A DNA stretch of 64,000 nt from Myxococcota bacterium (GTDB lineage Bacteria; Myxococcota_A; SURF-8): the NCBI GenBank assembly GCA_965140415.1, contig OZ223209.1, positions 2,880,001-2,944,000 on the forward strand, read 5' to 3'. Each line of letters opens with the position of its first letter. The first letter of the stretch is position 1. A program made the position numbers and the translations under genes. Under the pieces are notes generated by a model. That model had not been told where the DNA came from. It saw nothing but the letters and a program-made list of their open reading frames with translations, and did not search any database. Below are positions 18,306 to 28,081 of this stretch, piece after piece.

Positions 18306-21300
18306 ATGAAGAAGTTATTTGTATCTTGGGTGCTGTTGTTAGCTTGTGTGTTCCTGATCGTTTCCGGATGTTCCGACTCTTCCGAGCAGGACGAAAACCC
18401 GGATGGGGATTCTATTGTTGATGGCGATGGAACGGATGGAGACGGAACGGAAGATGAACCGGAATGCCGCTTCATCGAAGATTGCGAGCAGGGGCAAGAC
18501 TGTGTCAACAACGAATGTGTAGGAACCGATACTTGTCGCGATCAGTATGATTGTCGCGACGATCAGATCTGCTGGTACGATGAGGATTCCGTAAACGGCC
18601 GGTGTTTGGTGTATTGCGCCACGGATATGGACTGCGATGAAAGCGGGCAGTGTATCCGAGGTCTGTGCGAGAAGTATATCGGAATAGAGGAGGGCGACCC
18701 GCCACCGAAACATGAGGACTGGAATGGCAAACTGCATGCCCAGTTTGTACAGGATTTCCTTGAATTCCCAATGACCGTCACAATGGGTGGGTATGGCTTA
18801 CGCAAAGGACCACTCGGGCCTTACCAAATTGCAATGGGCGGCTCGGCTGGCATTTACGATCGATTGTTTGTCAAGGCTCTCACGCTGGATGACGGTAATG
18901 ATCGCGTGACTTTCGTCAGCATTCCAATGTGTTTCCCCACGGATTATCTTGTGATGGGAATTGTCAAGGAAGTGATCGCATTGGGTGGTCCGGATCTTCG
19001 TCACAATCTGGTTGTAAATGCTTCCCATACGCATTCCGGTCCGGCGGAATATTGGAACCTGCTGCCGGGGATGGGATTTGGTACGTTGGGATTCAGTGAC
19101 TTCAGCTACGAAATGTACCAGCGGTTGACGAAATCGATTGCAAAGGTTGTGTATGCTGCACAGCAAGAATTGAAACCGGCGGCCTTTGGTTACAAGATCA
19201 ACGAAAATTTCGATCCTGATGATCAAATCAATGCGGATCGACGTTCCTTGTCCGGTCATCTTAAAGACAATCGCCTCGTAGTCTGGCGCATTGATGACAT
19301 GTCAAGTGGTTCTGCTGAACCCTGGGTGATAACGCTGAATTATGCGACTCACGGCACCGTGGAAGGGCAAAGCGATACTCGATTGACCAACGATTCGGCT
19401 GGTGGCGCGGAAAACATGACCAAGTTGCTCTATGAAAAAGACCATCCCGGAAAAACCATCAATACGATGTTTTTCAATGGGATGGCCGGAAATGTCAGCC
19501 CGCGCGGTGGTGACAAGGGGCATAGTCATGCTCAGCGCATGCAGGTTATCGGCACGCGTGTGTATGACAAAGTCATGGAATTGTTTGAACAAATCGACCC
19601 AAGCGATGAAATCGATGTAAAAATGGTCTCCAAGCGGGTACCGATCGATCGCAATTACATTGGTTATGCCGACGATGAATTTTACAGCGATGGCGTTAGT
19701 TTATTCGAACCAAAACCCGGTGGTCCGTTCCGTTTCGGTGCATTCTATTGCGGCTCATCCACCACGGAGCCTGAGGAGAACCTGAATATACATGTATATG
19801 ATTCTTCTCAGAATTTAGTTAAAGAGGCAATGGATACCACTTCCAATGGAAAAACCGACAAGTTGGAGGATGGTACCGAGGTGCAGTGGGATGGTGAAGA
19901 AGTGATTTTCACCGCTAGCGAAACAGGGAAACATACCATCCTGGTCGACGGGTACAAGGGCTGCATGAGCGATTATGTTCTGAGAATCACCAAGGTTAAC
20001 GTGGGCAGCAAGCGTGGGGCGTTGTGCTTGGATGCAAGCTGTGGCGCGATCTGTGGTGCCTGTCCGACTATGAAAAGCGATCTGCCGCCATTGGTTTGCA
20101 ACGAAGATACAATGGAAGAAAACGATTCCAGTTCCGCCGCGAAAGATTTGAGCTTTACGGATGGAAGTATTGAAGTTCAGAATTTGCAGGTTTGTCCGAA
20201 TGATGAAGACTGGTTCTCTTTCGATGTCGTCGAAGGAGAGCAATACAGCGTGAGAGTGATGTGGCATCAGGATGATGAAGCCTATAATCCTGAAACTCAC
20301 ATTAAAGACGGAAACCTGGGTTGCATGTTGAATATCGAGATCATGAACCATGGTCCAATGCCGATGTTCGGCAAAACGCGCTTCACCGGAATTTTGCTTG
20401 GCGATCTGTATTTGGCTGGTCTGCCGGGTGAATCGAGTTCCCGTATGGGATATGATGCCATCGAGGCCCTTTCCGCAGAAACCGATTTCGCTGATATCGT
20501 CATTTTTGGATACACTAACGACCATCACTTCTACATCTCCACAGAGCAGGATTGGATGCAGGGTGGCTACAACACCATGATGTCCATTTGGGGAATGAAA
20601 TTCGGCCAGTTCTGTATCGACCACCTGAAAGAATTAGCAATTGCCGTTTCAAATGGAACGGAAGAAGAGACCGTAAATGAGTTCCCACAGGTTAAGCCCT
20701 TGGTTTATAAAAACCTGGAAGCTCCTCTTCGCGTACCCATTAAAACCGCCAAACCCACGGAAACCTCTATTCTCATTCAGCCGGTGGATCATCGTCGCAT
20801 GCAGCAGATCGCAACCATGCAGTGGATCGGCGCCGACCCCGGCGTAGATTTCCCTCATGTTTACTTGGAACGCGAGAATACTTCTGGAGAATTCGAGCCT
20901 GTGTTGCGTGAGTCCGGGTTGGTATATGATGATCGTTACTACGAGATATCGCTTACCTATGCCAATGAATCCTTTGCCTACCCCGGCATTCAGGATGCAG
21001 ATACCAACAATTACTGGACGTTGTATTGGGACGAAACAACAGATTTCCCCCTTGGAACCTATCGTTTCCGGGTCGAGGGGCACTACTACAATGGTCCGGA
21101 AGACAGTTTCGACAATGAGACGGGTATCGAAGCCTATGAATTGCTAAGCGATCCCTTTGAGCTGTTGCCGGCAACAATCGAAGCGCAAACCGCGAAAATC
21201 GAAGAAGGTGTGTTTAAATCGTTCCTGCTATACGGGCATCCGGCCACCAATGATGATGGCGAATCGGACTTCGAACGCTTCAGTCCGGTTGGAACCAAAC

Positions 21301-21635
21301 TGCATAGCGTGGAAGTGCATCCCATGGTTGGACCGAGACTATCGGAAAACGTGGATGACAGCACCATCGCGATAACGATTTTCGACGATCAGGACCAGGA
21401 AGTGTCCACCATTGACAGCTATACGCTTGAGCGACTGGAAAGCGGAGTTGTACAGTATCCGGCAGGACGAACGGAAGGTGTTGTATTCATGAGTAATTAC
21501 GGTGGTCCGGTCACGCAACTATCTGCAACCTTGCCCGCGTTGGATGCTGGTGATTATCGTTTGCATCTTGATATGGAAGATAGTTTTGGCAATGCCGGTG
21601 AGTTCGACTACAACTTCACCGTAACTGTACCGTAA
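18306..21635 (+). CDS. Neutral/alkaline ceramidase-family lipoprotein with Cys-rich N-terminus and PPC-like insertion
   Basis: GGAGGT RBS; lipobox VSGC; MGGYG, ASHTHSGP, NYATHGT, FFNGMAGNVSP, LPGE, GYTNDHHFY and GGY motifs of the ceramidase family. Confidence 0.8.
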   Translation: MKKLFVSWVLLLACVFLIVSGCSDSSEQDENPDGDSIVDGDGTDGDGTEDEPECRFIEDCEQGQDCVNNECVGTDTCRDQYDCRDDQICWYDEDSVNGRCLVYCATDMDCDESGQCIRGLCEKYIGIEEGDPPPKHEDWNGKLHAQFVQDFLEFPMTVTMGGYGLRKGPLGPYQIAMGGSAGIYDRLFVKALTLDDGNDRVTFVSIPMCFPTDYLVMGIVKEVIALGGPDLRHNLVVNASHTHSGPAEYWNLLPGMGFGTLGFSDFSYEMYQRLTKSIAKVVYAAQQELKPAAFGYKINENFDPDDQINADRRSLSGHLKDNRLVVWRIDDMSSGSAEPWVITLNYATHGTVEGQSDTRLTNDSAGGAENMTKLLYEKDHPGKTINTMFFNGMAGNVSPRGGDKGHSHAQRMQVIGTRVYDKVMELFEQIDPSDEIDVKMVSKRVPIDRNYIGYADDEFYSDGVSLFEPKPGGPFRFGAFYCGSSTTEPEENLNIHVYDSSQNLVKEAMDTTSNGKTDKLEDGTEVQWDGEEVIFTASETGKHTILVDGYKGCMSDYVLRITKVNVGSKRGALCLDASCGAICGACPTMKSDLPPLVCNEDTMEENDSSSAAKDLSFTDGSIEVQNLQVCPNDEDWFSFDVVEGEQYSVRVMWHQDDEAYNPETHIKDGNLGCMLNIEIMNHGPMPMFGKTRFTGILLGDLYLAGLPGESSSRMGYDAIEALSAETDFADIVIFGYTNDHHFYISTEQDWMQGGYNTMMSIWGMKFGQFCIDHLKELAIAVSNGTEEETVNEFPQVKPLVYKNLEAPLRVPIKTAKPTETSILIQPVDHRRMQQIATMQWIGADPGVDFPHVYLERENTSGEFEPVLRESGLVYDDRYYEISLTYANESFAYPGIQDADTNNYWTLYWDETTDFPLGTYRFRVEGHYYNGPEDSFDNETGIEAYELLSDPFELLPATIEAQTAKIEEGVFKSFLLYGHPATNDDGESDFERFSPVGTKLHSVEVHPMVGPRLSENVDDSTIAITIFDDQDQEVSTIDSYTLERLESGVVQYPAGRTEGVVFMSNYGGPVTQLSATLPALDAGDYRLHLDMEDSFGNAGEFDYNFTVTVP

Positions 21636-21671
21636 CGTATTAAAAGTCCAGAGATCATTTGAAGCAAAGCG

Positions 21672-21725
21672 AAGGCCGGAAGTGGAAAGGCGCAATAAGC
21701 GCCGATCCATTTCCGGCCTTTTTAT
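21672..21725. terminator. Long hairpin between convergent genes (probable terminator)
   Basis: AAGGCCGGAAGTGGA-AA-GGCGC-AATAA-GCGCC-GA-TCCATTTCCGGCCTT followed by TTT. Confidence 0.75.
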
Positions 21726-21791
21726 CATTCTGAGTGATGGGCTTGGATTTACAGGGTTTTCACCTTCATTTCCTGTCAACCAAAGTTTTAC

Positions 21792-23588
21792 TTACTTTTC
21801 TTGCGGAAGCTTCGTCCAGCGACCGATCCAGTAGGCGGACATGAAATCAACGCCAGGAAGCAAGCGACTTCCATCGCTTCCACTATTGGGACGGTAGGGG
21901 TTACTGCGCCATTCATAATTACTGGGAGGGCGAATTCGTTTCGGAACTGGCTCTTCGCAGATGAGGTCACCTTTTCGACCGATTGTTCCTAGTACCACCA
22001 TCTCCGAATCATCGACCATTGTACAGATACCGTTATTGATTTCTTCCTCATCGCAATTCATGATGCCGTTTTCCCAATAAGGTGCGTCTGAGAATTCTTT
22101 CAATGTTTCCAAGCCTCTAGCCACGACATCTTCATGTAATGCCCCGTCAGGATCGGAAAAGGCGGTCCCATCCAATTCAGAGGCTGCATAGATGAAATCA
22201 TAAAGGCTCATCTTTTGTTCCACCGGCTGCATCACCATGTCCGGCGTGTCGTATAATTGGACGGCGATGGCTTCGCGCAGAATGTCGCGGGCGGCTTGAT
22301 CGTCGATGTAACGCATGGCAAGCCAGGCGGATGTGAACGCCATACTGTAATTACTGAAATTCGTTTGATATTCCATATTAATGTAGATCATGCTGTCGCG
22401 AGCGAGTTCCGGCAGTTTTCGTTCTGCGATCAGTTCGTCATACAGGTAACTTTGAGCGTCTGGGTCACCGGAAGCATAGGCATAGGCACCGACAATGCCC
22501 AGTGCCATCATGGCGTAGAACCCGTTTTCGAAGGTTTCCAGGTGCATGGCTCGTTCAACGCAATGCTCGTTGATGTAACCGTGGAAGGTGATTCGACCAT
22601 CGGCATCCGGGAATTGGAGATCGTAGCCATCCTCTCGAACGACACGCATGGCGTCTAATGCCTTTTTCGAGTCGGAGCGGATGCGAGTTTTCAACTCTTC
22701 AGGGAAAGAGTCATCTGGACCGATTACTTCCATCGTGACCGCGCTGGCTGCCGCCCAGCCCAGCATCATGTCGCGGCTACAGGAATCTTCCCAGAAATAA
22801 TCGGGATATTCGCCGGAATTGTCTTCACGCCATTCGCCGTTGCTCTTTTCTTCCGGTAGGGGATTGCCACTCCCATCGAAAAGGGGCACCAGTTCATCGT
22901 TATCTCGAATGGCCTGTGCATCGCCGGGAAGCGTGTTTTTTATGAAACCACGTGCCACGACACCGGGAACACCGCCAATAGTGAAGGCGATATGCAGGCC
23001 ATCGATCGCTTTAAGCAATTGTTGGCGAGCGATTTCGATTTCATCACAGTCTGCGCCACGGTCACGAAGCACCGCGTAGCGAATGGCATCGGCAACGATT
23101 CCCATGCCGCCATATAGCCCAGCTACTTTTTGCCAACCGCTCACGACATCCAGTGCGGTTTTGCCACCGGAATACTCTTCGAAACTCCATAAATCACTAT
23201 CGCGTACAAAGGAGTTGATTTCATCACGCGAGGCTGTGTCGTCAAGTGGAACTGCCACATCGACACTGACGGCCATCGGATAGCCGTTAAAATTGTGAAA
23301 ACTACGTTCGTAGCGGCGAACCTTGGCAGCGAGATCCGCATCATAGCCTTCTTCGTCCGGACCGGGAATCATGTGGCGATCGGTAGTCGCGTTTGTGCCA
23401 CAGGCTGGCCAAGCCGAGGTTGTGTCTTCGTTATCGGTTTCCGAATCTCCATCGACGGGGTTGTCATCATCTCCATCCACGTTATTGTTATTGCCGGAAT
23501 CCGAGCATGAAAAGACTAGGAGTGCAACAATAACAAGTAATAACAAGTGGATATGCGGGGTTTTAATGCATCTTGAACGTGCAGTCAT
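21792..23588 (-). CDS. Hypothetical lipoprotein, predicted helical (possibly alpha/alpha barrel) domain
   Basis: Lipobox VFSC, DGD linker, 598-aa ORF with GVPGVVARG, WEDSCSRD and NYEWRSNPY segments. Confidence 0.7.
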   Translation of the reverse strand: MTARSRCIKTPHIHLLLLVIVALLVFSCSDSGNNNNVDGDDDNPVDGDSETDNEDTTSAWPACGTNATTDRHMIPGPDEEGYDADLAAKVRRYERSFHNFNGYPMAVSVDVAVPLDDTASRDEINSFVRDSDLWSFEEYSGGKTALDVVSGWQKVAGLYGGMGIVADAIRYAVLRDRGADCDEIEIARQQLLKAIDGLHIAFTIGGVPGVVARGFIKNTLPGDAQAIRDNDELVPLFDGSGNPLPEEKSNGEWREDNSGEYPDYFWEDSCSRDMMLGWAAASAVTMEVIGPDDSFPEELKTRIRSDSKKALDAMRVVREDGYDLQFPDADGRITFHGYINEHCVERAMHLETFENGFYAMMALGIVGAYAYASGDPDAQSYLYDELIAERKLPELARDSMIYINMEYQTNFSNYSMAFTSAWLAMRYIDDQAARDILREAIAVQLYDTPDMVMQPVEQKMSLYDFIYAASELDGTAFSDPDGALHEDVVARGLETLKEFSDAPYWENGIMNCDEEEINNGICTMVDDSEMVVLGTIGRKGDLICEEPVPKRIRPPSNYEWRSNPYRPNSGSDGSRLLPGVDFMSAYWIGRWTKLPQEK

Positions 23589-23730
23589 GAATGTACTCCT
23601 TAGCGGAAACCGATAATAGTTGAATTAATTTGTAAAACTGATCGCCAATGGCGTATCGTTCGCTCGCTACGATACTTTAAAAGCTCAGGTATCGGCAAGA
23701 TGATTTTTCGTCTCTTTTCGCAACTTTTCC

Positions 23731-23758
23731 TTGCATTTTGAGTCCAAATCTTTATACT
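23731..23758 (+). promoter_or_regulatory. Putative sigma70 promoter of the rpmE-prfA operon
   Basis: TTGCAT-16 bp-TATACT, about 55 bp upstream of rpmE. Confidence 0.5.
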
Positions 23759-23814
23759 TGGCTGCCTTCGTTGTAAAAGGCGGGCTTTATTTTCGAGTCT
23801 GCAAGGAGAAGAAC

Positions 23815-24030
23815 ATGAAAGAAAAAATCCATCCCAAGTATGAAGAAGCTACGATCCGGTGCGCCTGTGGGGCCGAATACAAGACCCGCACCACCAAAGG
23901 TGACTACGCGGTTGAAATTTGTTCGGCTTGCCATCCGTTTTTCACCGGAAAGCAGAAACTCCTCGATTCCGAGGGCCGCGTGGAACGATTCAACCGCAAG
24001 TACGGTCGCAAAAGTTTCGCAGAAAAATAG
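23815..24030 (+). CDS. rpmE: 50S ribosomal protein L31 (Zn-binding type)
   Basis: MKEKIHPKY...CACG...[15 protein letters not shown]...[19 protein letters not shown] before ATG 23815. Confidence 0.97.
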   Translation: MKEKIHPKYEEATIRCACGAEYKTRTTKGDYAVEICSACHPFFTGKQKLLDSEGRVERFNRKYGRKSFAEK

Positions 24031-24195
24031 AGCCCTTTCCCATTCGCCGATTCAATTTGCCGGTGCGGATTTCGAACAGTGGTTTCGGTCCGCCCGGACT
24101 ATCGGGTCCGCCTGGAGATTTGGGAGGGAATGTTTACCCTGCCAGAAGGCTCTAAGGTAATGTCGTTATGAACGTACTAACCCAGGTGGAGCAAG

Positions 24196-25293
24196 ATGAG
24201 TAATAAAGTTAATGTTGGTGGGCAGGCTATTATTGAGGGTGTGATGATGCGTTCGCCCAAGTCGCTGGCGGTGTGTGTGCGTCGTCCGACCGGGGAAATC
24301 ATCGTTACCGAACGTGTTTGGGAATCTCTGTGGGAGAGATTTACCTTTTTGCGCTGGCCGTTTTTACGTGGCGCCATTGTGCTGATCGAATCGTTGATCA
24401 ATGGCATTCAGGCGTTGATGTTTTCCGCAAATCAGGCGATGGTTGCGGAAGAGGCAGCACAAAAAGCGGAGAAAGAAGCCAAGGCTTTAGAGAACGACGG
24501 AACTAGGAACGAAGTAAGCGTAAGTGAAGTTCCCTTAGCGGATGCCTCAAGCGATGACGATTCCGTCAGGCATGAAATCAACGAAGAGCCTCCGATGTCT
24601 CGCTGGTGGCTGATCGGGACGATTGCATTCTCGCTTGGTTTTGCCTTTCTGGTGTTCAAGGGAATCCCGCATCTGTTGGCAACGCTTCTTGGGCTGTCCA
24701 CGGATTCCGTCCTGTTTCACATTTCAGACGGCGTGATCAAAATCACCATGTTTGTAGCCTATGTGTTGGCGATCAGCTTCATGCCGGATATTCGCCGGGT
24801 TTTCCAGTATCACGGCGCGGAACACAAGGCGATCAAGACCTACGAACACGGCGAAGAGCTGATTGTAGAAAACGCCAGGAAATACAGTACCTTGCATCCA
24901 AGGTGCGGGACCAGTTTTATCATCATCGTGCTCTTGTCATCCATAATCACGTTCATGGTTGTATTTCCTTTCCTGCCGCAATTTCATCCCAACACCTGGG
25001 TGAATGCCCTGATTCAGATTGCGATCAAGCTTCCCCTGATGCTGCCGATTGCCGGGATTTCCTACGAATTCCTGCGCTGGTCTGCCAAACATATGGACAA
25101 TCCGATTGTTGGATCTCTGGTCAAGCCTGGACTTTGGCTGCAACTGATCACAACGCGAGAACCAGACGACGAGCAACTGGAAATCGGGTTGACTTCTCTG
25201 CGTAAAGCGCTATGGCGTGAACAGGTCGGAGCGAACGATCTGGACAGTAAGGAAATCGAAATCTATCCTAGTTTCAAGGACGTTCCCTTCTAG
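24196..25293 (+). CDS. DUF1385 family membrane protein
   Basis: VGGQAIIEGVMMR, RVFQYHGAEHKAI, HPRCGTSF and GLWLQLITTREP; conserved rpmE-DUF1385-prfA synteny. Confidence 0.92.
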   Translation: MSNKVNVGGQAIIEGVMMRSPKSLAVCVRRPTGEIIVTERVWESLWERFTFLRWPFLRGAIVLIESLINGIQALMFSANQAMVAEEAAQKAEKEAKALENDGTRNEVSVSEVPLADASSDDDSVRHEINEEPPMSRWWLIGTIAFSLGFAFLVFKGIPHLLATLLGLSTDSVLFHISDGVIKITMFVAYVLAISFMPDIRRVFQYHGAEHKAIKTYEHGEELIVENARKYSTLHPRCGTSFIIIVLLSSIITFMVVFPFLPQFHPNTWVNALIQIAIKLPLMLPIAGISYEFLRWSAKHMDNPIVGSLVKPGLWLQLITTREPDDEQLEIGLTSLRKALWREQVGANDLDSKEIEIYPSFKDVPF

Positions 25294-25410
25294 CTGTGTG
25301 GCTCATTCGATGAATTTTCTGGCGGCGACGAATTCTCCTGCTTTTCCTATGCAGGCTGAATTCGCAGGCTAAATGGATTGTTGAACCCAAATTAAGTGAT
25401 TGAATACGCT

Positions 25411-26478
25411 ATGTTGGAAAAACTGGATGCCATCGTTGAAAAGTACCGGAAATTGGAAGAACAACTGTCCGATCCGGCTGTGATTTCCGATCGGAAGAGA
25501 TTCCAGGAAGTGGGTAAAGAACATTCGGACTTGTCCGAACTGGTCGAAAATTATGAGAAATTCAAAGACGTGATTCGTCAGATTGCGGATAACGAAGACC
25601 TGTTACAGGAAAGCGATCGGGAAATTCGCGAGATGGCTCGTGAGGAACTGGATGAGTTGCACCAGCGTCGCGATGAGCTGCAAGAACATATGAAGCTTTT
25701 ACTGCTTCCCAAAGATCCGAATGATTCTAAAAACGTGATCGTCGAAATCCGGGCGGGAACCGGTGGTGAAGAGGCGATGCTGTTCGCAGGGGATCTGTAT
25801 CGCATGTACCTGCGTTACGCCGAAAACAAAAACTGGAAAGTTGAAGTGTTGAGCGCCCATGAAAGCGATCTGGGCGGTGTAAAAGAAATCGTGATGCTTA
25901 TTGCCGGTAAAGATGTGTATAGCCATTTGAAATTCGAGAGTGGTGTGCATCGTGTACAGCGCGTACCGGAAACCGAGTCTCAGGGACGCATTCATACTTC
26001 AGCAGCAACGGTCGCGGTATTGGCAGAGGCGGAAGAGGCTGATGTCGATATTCGACCGGAAGATCTGCGTATCGATGTGTATCGCTCCAGCGGTGCAGGC
26101 GGGCAGCACGTTAACACAACCGACTCCGCGGTTCGAATTACTCACATTCCTACCGGGATCGTGGTTGCTTGCCAGGATGAACGCTCGCAGATCAAGAATC
26201 GCTCCAAGGCGATGAAGATCCTGATGTCGCGTCTGTTGGAAAAAGAACAGGAAACGCTGGCCAAGGAACGGGCCGACAGTCGAAAAAGCATGGTAGGCAG
26301 TGGAGATCGATCCGAGCGCATTCGTACCTACAATTTCCCACAGGGGCGTTTGACCGATCATCGCATTAACTACACCGTTTATCGGCTGGAAGAAATTCTA
26401 CAGGGCGATATGGATGAGTTGATTGTGCAGACGCGCACCTTTTTCCAGGCGGAAGCGTTGAAAGGGAGCGAGGTGTGA
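25411..26478 (+). CDS. prfA: Peptide chain release factor 1
   Basis: [19 protein letters not shown] (PxT), [20 protein letters not shown]. Confidence 0.97.
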   Translation: MLEKLDAIVEKYRKLEEQLSDPAVISDRKRFQEVGKEHSDLSELVENYEKFKDVIRQIADNEDLLQESDREIREMAREELDELHQRRDELQEHMKLLLLPKDPNDSKNVIVEIRAGTGGEEAMLFAGDLYRMYLRYAENKNWKVEVLSAHESDLGGVKEIVMLIAGKDVYSHLKFESGVHRVQRVPETESQGRIHTSAATVAVLAEAEEADVDIRPEDLRIDVYRSSGAGGQHVNTTDSAVRITHIPTGIVVACQDERSQIKNRSKAMKILMSRLLEKEQETLAKERADSRKSMVGSGDRSERIRTYNFPQGRLTDHRINYTVYRLEEILQGDMDELIVQTRTFFQAEALKGSEV

Positions 26479-27365
26479 GCGGGAACCCGTCCGATTCGCC
26501 ACGTGAAGTGTTAGAAGTTCTGCGCTTGAGCGAAGACTATTTTTCACGTAAAGGTGTGGCTTGTCCACGCGTGGATGCCGAGATTCTATTGGCCCATGTC
26601 CTTGGGTGTAAACGTTTTGAATTGTACATGCGACACGATCAGCCGCTCAAGGAAGAGGAATTGAGTGTCTATCGGGAGCATATTCGCAGGCGTGGCAGTG
26701 GCGTGCCTGTACAGCATCTTACCGGCGAACAGGATTTTTACGCCTTGAAGATGCAGGTGTCTGACAAGGTTTTGATTCCACGACCGGAAACGGAGATCCT
26801 GGTCGAAACCGCCTTTAAAAAAGTAGCTCCAGAAGGAGACTCAAATAGAAGGCGGGTGCTGGAAATTGGTTCAGGAACCGGAGCGATTTCGATTGCGCTG
26901 GCGGTTGGATGGCAGCAGGCTGAACTTTGGTCGGTGGATTTGTCGCTGGATGCTCTTGATGTTGCACGAGGCAATGCAAGGTATCATGAAGTATTGGGAC
27001 GCTTACATCTGCTCCACGGGGATTTGTTCGAACCCGTTATGGATCAGCCTCCCTTCGATCTGATCATCTCCAATCCTCCCTACATTGTCAGTTCTGAAAT
27101 CGAGGAACTGGACGTTGAAGTTCGTACTCACGAACCTCATTTGGCGTTAGATGGCGGTTCGGATGGTCTGGATATCATCCGACGGATCGTCGCGACGGCA
27201 CCCTCTAAATTGTTGGAAAAAGGTTGGTTGTTATTGGAGATCGGTGCCAATCAAGGGGTTGCAGTATTGAAATTACTGGAGGAATCCGGCGAATTCGAAA
27301 CGACTGACATCCAAAAGGATTTAGCCGGTCGTGATCGCATCGTTTGCGCGCAGAAACACCCCTGA
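26475..27365 (+). CDS. prmC: Release factor glutamine methyltransferase
   Basis: [28 protein letters not shown]; overlaps the prfA stop. Confidence 0.96.
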   Translation: MSGNPSDSPREVLEVLRLSEDYFSRKGVACPRVDAEILLAHVLGCKRFELYMRHDQPLKEEELSVYREHIRRRGSGVPVQHLTGEQDFYALKMQVSDKVLIPRPETEILVETAFKKVAPEGDSNRRRVLEIGSGTGAISIALAVGWQQAELWSVDLSLDALDVARGNARYHEVLGRLHLLHGDLFEPVMDQPPFDLIISNPPYIVSSEIEELDVEVRTHEPHLALDGGSDGLDIIRRIVATAPSKLLEKGWLLLEIGANQGVAVLKLLEESGEFETTDIQKDLAGRDRIVCAQKHP

Positions 27366-27622
27366 GCGTCGTAAAAGCTTTGCACTGTCAGAGAATCCCC
27401 GCCCGCGTCCCCCGCTGTCACGTTGCTTGCGCTTCGTAGCGCATCTTGCAAAACAGATTGCCAAATTTGTCTCAGAAAATGATGGTATACGCTTGATGAT
27501 TCTATCAAAATGCGTGCGCCAGCAAGATGCTCTCCGAGACAAGCACCGCGCCAGCGAGTTGTTGGAAGTGCTGATCGGTTGAGAAATTCTATTTTTTCAA
27601 ATTGGGGATAGGGCGATTTCTT

Positions 27623-27955
27623 CTATTCGTCTTCGAGATACGACAACGGAGGCGCTTCCTCTAATTCTGAAGCGTTGGTTTCGTCTGGGTTTTCCTGGAT
27701 TTTTCGTTTCCGCTCGTTATGTGCCAGCGTGTTGATATTGATAATATGAGTGTTTCCGCAGGTGTTGCAGACGAGTAGGACACAGCGAACCTGTTTATTT
27801 TTTATTTCGCGCACGTTTGACATGGTGCCCAAACGCAGGAATAACAGTTCGGGTTCAAGTTCCCAGTCGCTGCCACCGCAAAGGGCGCAGGTATCGACCT
27901 TTTCTTGAAGAATTCGCTGGATTTCCGAGATTGAGATCGAATTTTTTGTCGCCAT
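27623..27955 (-). CDS. Small zinc-ribbon-like hypothetical protein
   Basis: ATG 27955 (MATKNS); CALCGG...CNTCGN CxxC pairs; acidic tail. Confidence 0.65.
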   Translation of the reverse strand: MATKNSISISEIQRILQEKVDTCALCGGSDWELEPELLFLRLGTMSNVREIKNKQVRCVLLVCNTCGNTHIININTLAHNERKRKIQENPDETNASELEEAPPLSYLEDE

Positions 27956-28081
27956 TCGTTTCCCGATTCGTATAGTTATGTGGTGACACTTGCATTCTGC
28001 ACGAAAAGATGAGAGAAAAATAACAGGTTTTTTAGGTAAATTCAATATAAAAAAGATTTTGACGAAAGGCGTGGGAATCTC

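Noticed and set aside
24031-24195. Possible ncRNA between rpmE and DUF1385
   Set aside because: Only weak GC stems; no recognisable family or tRNA cloverleaf.
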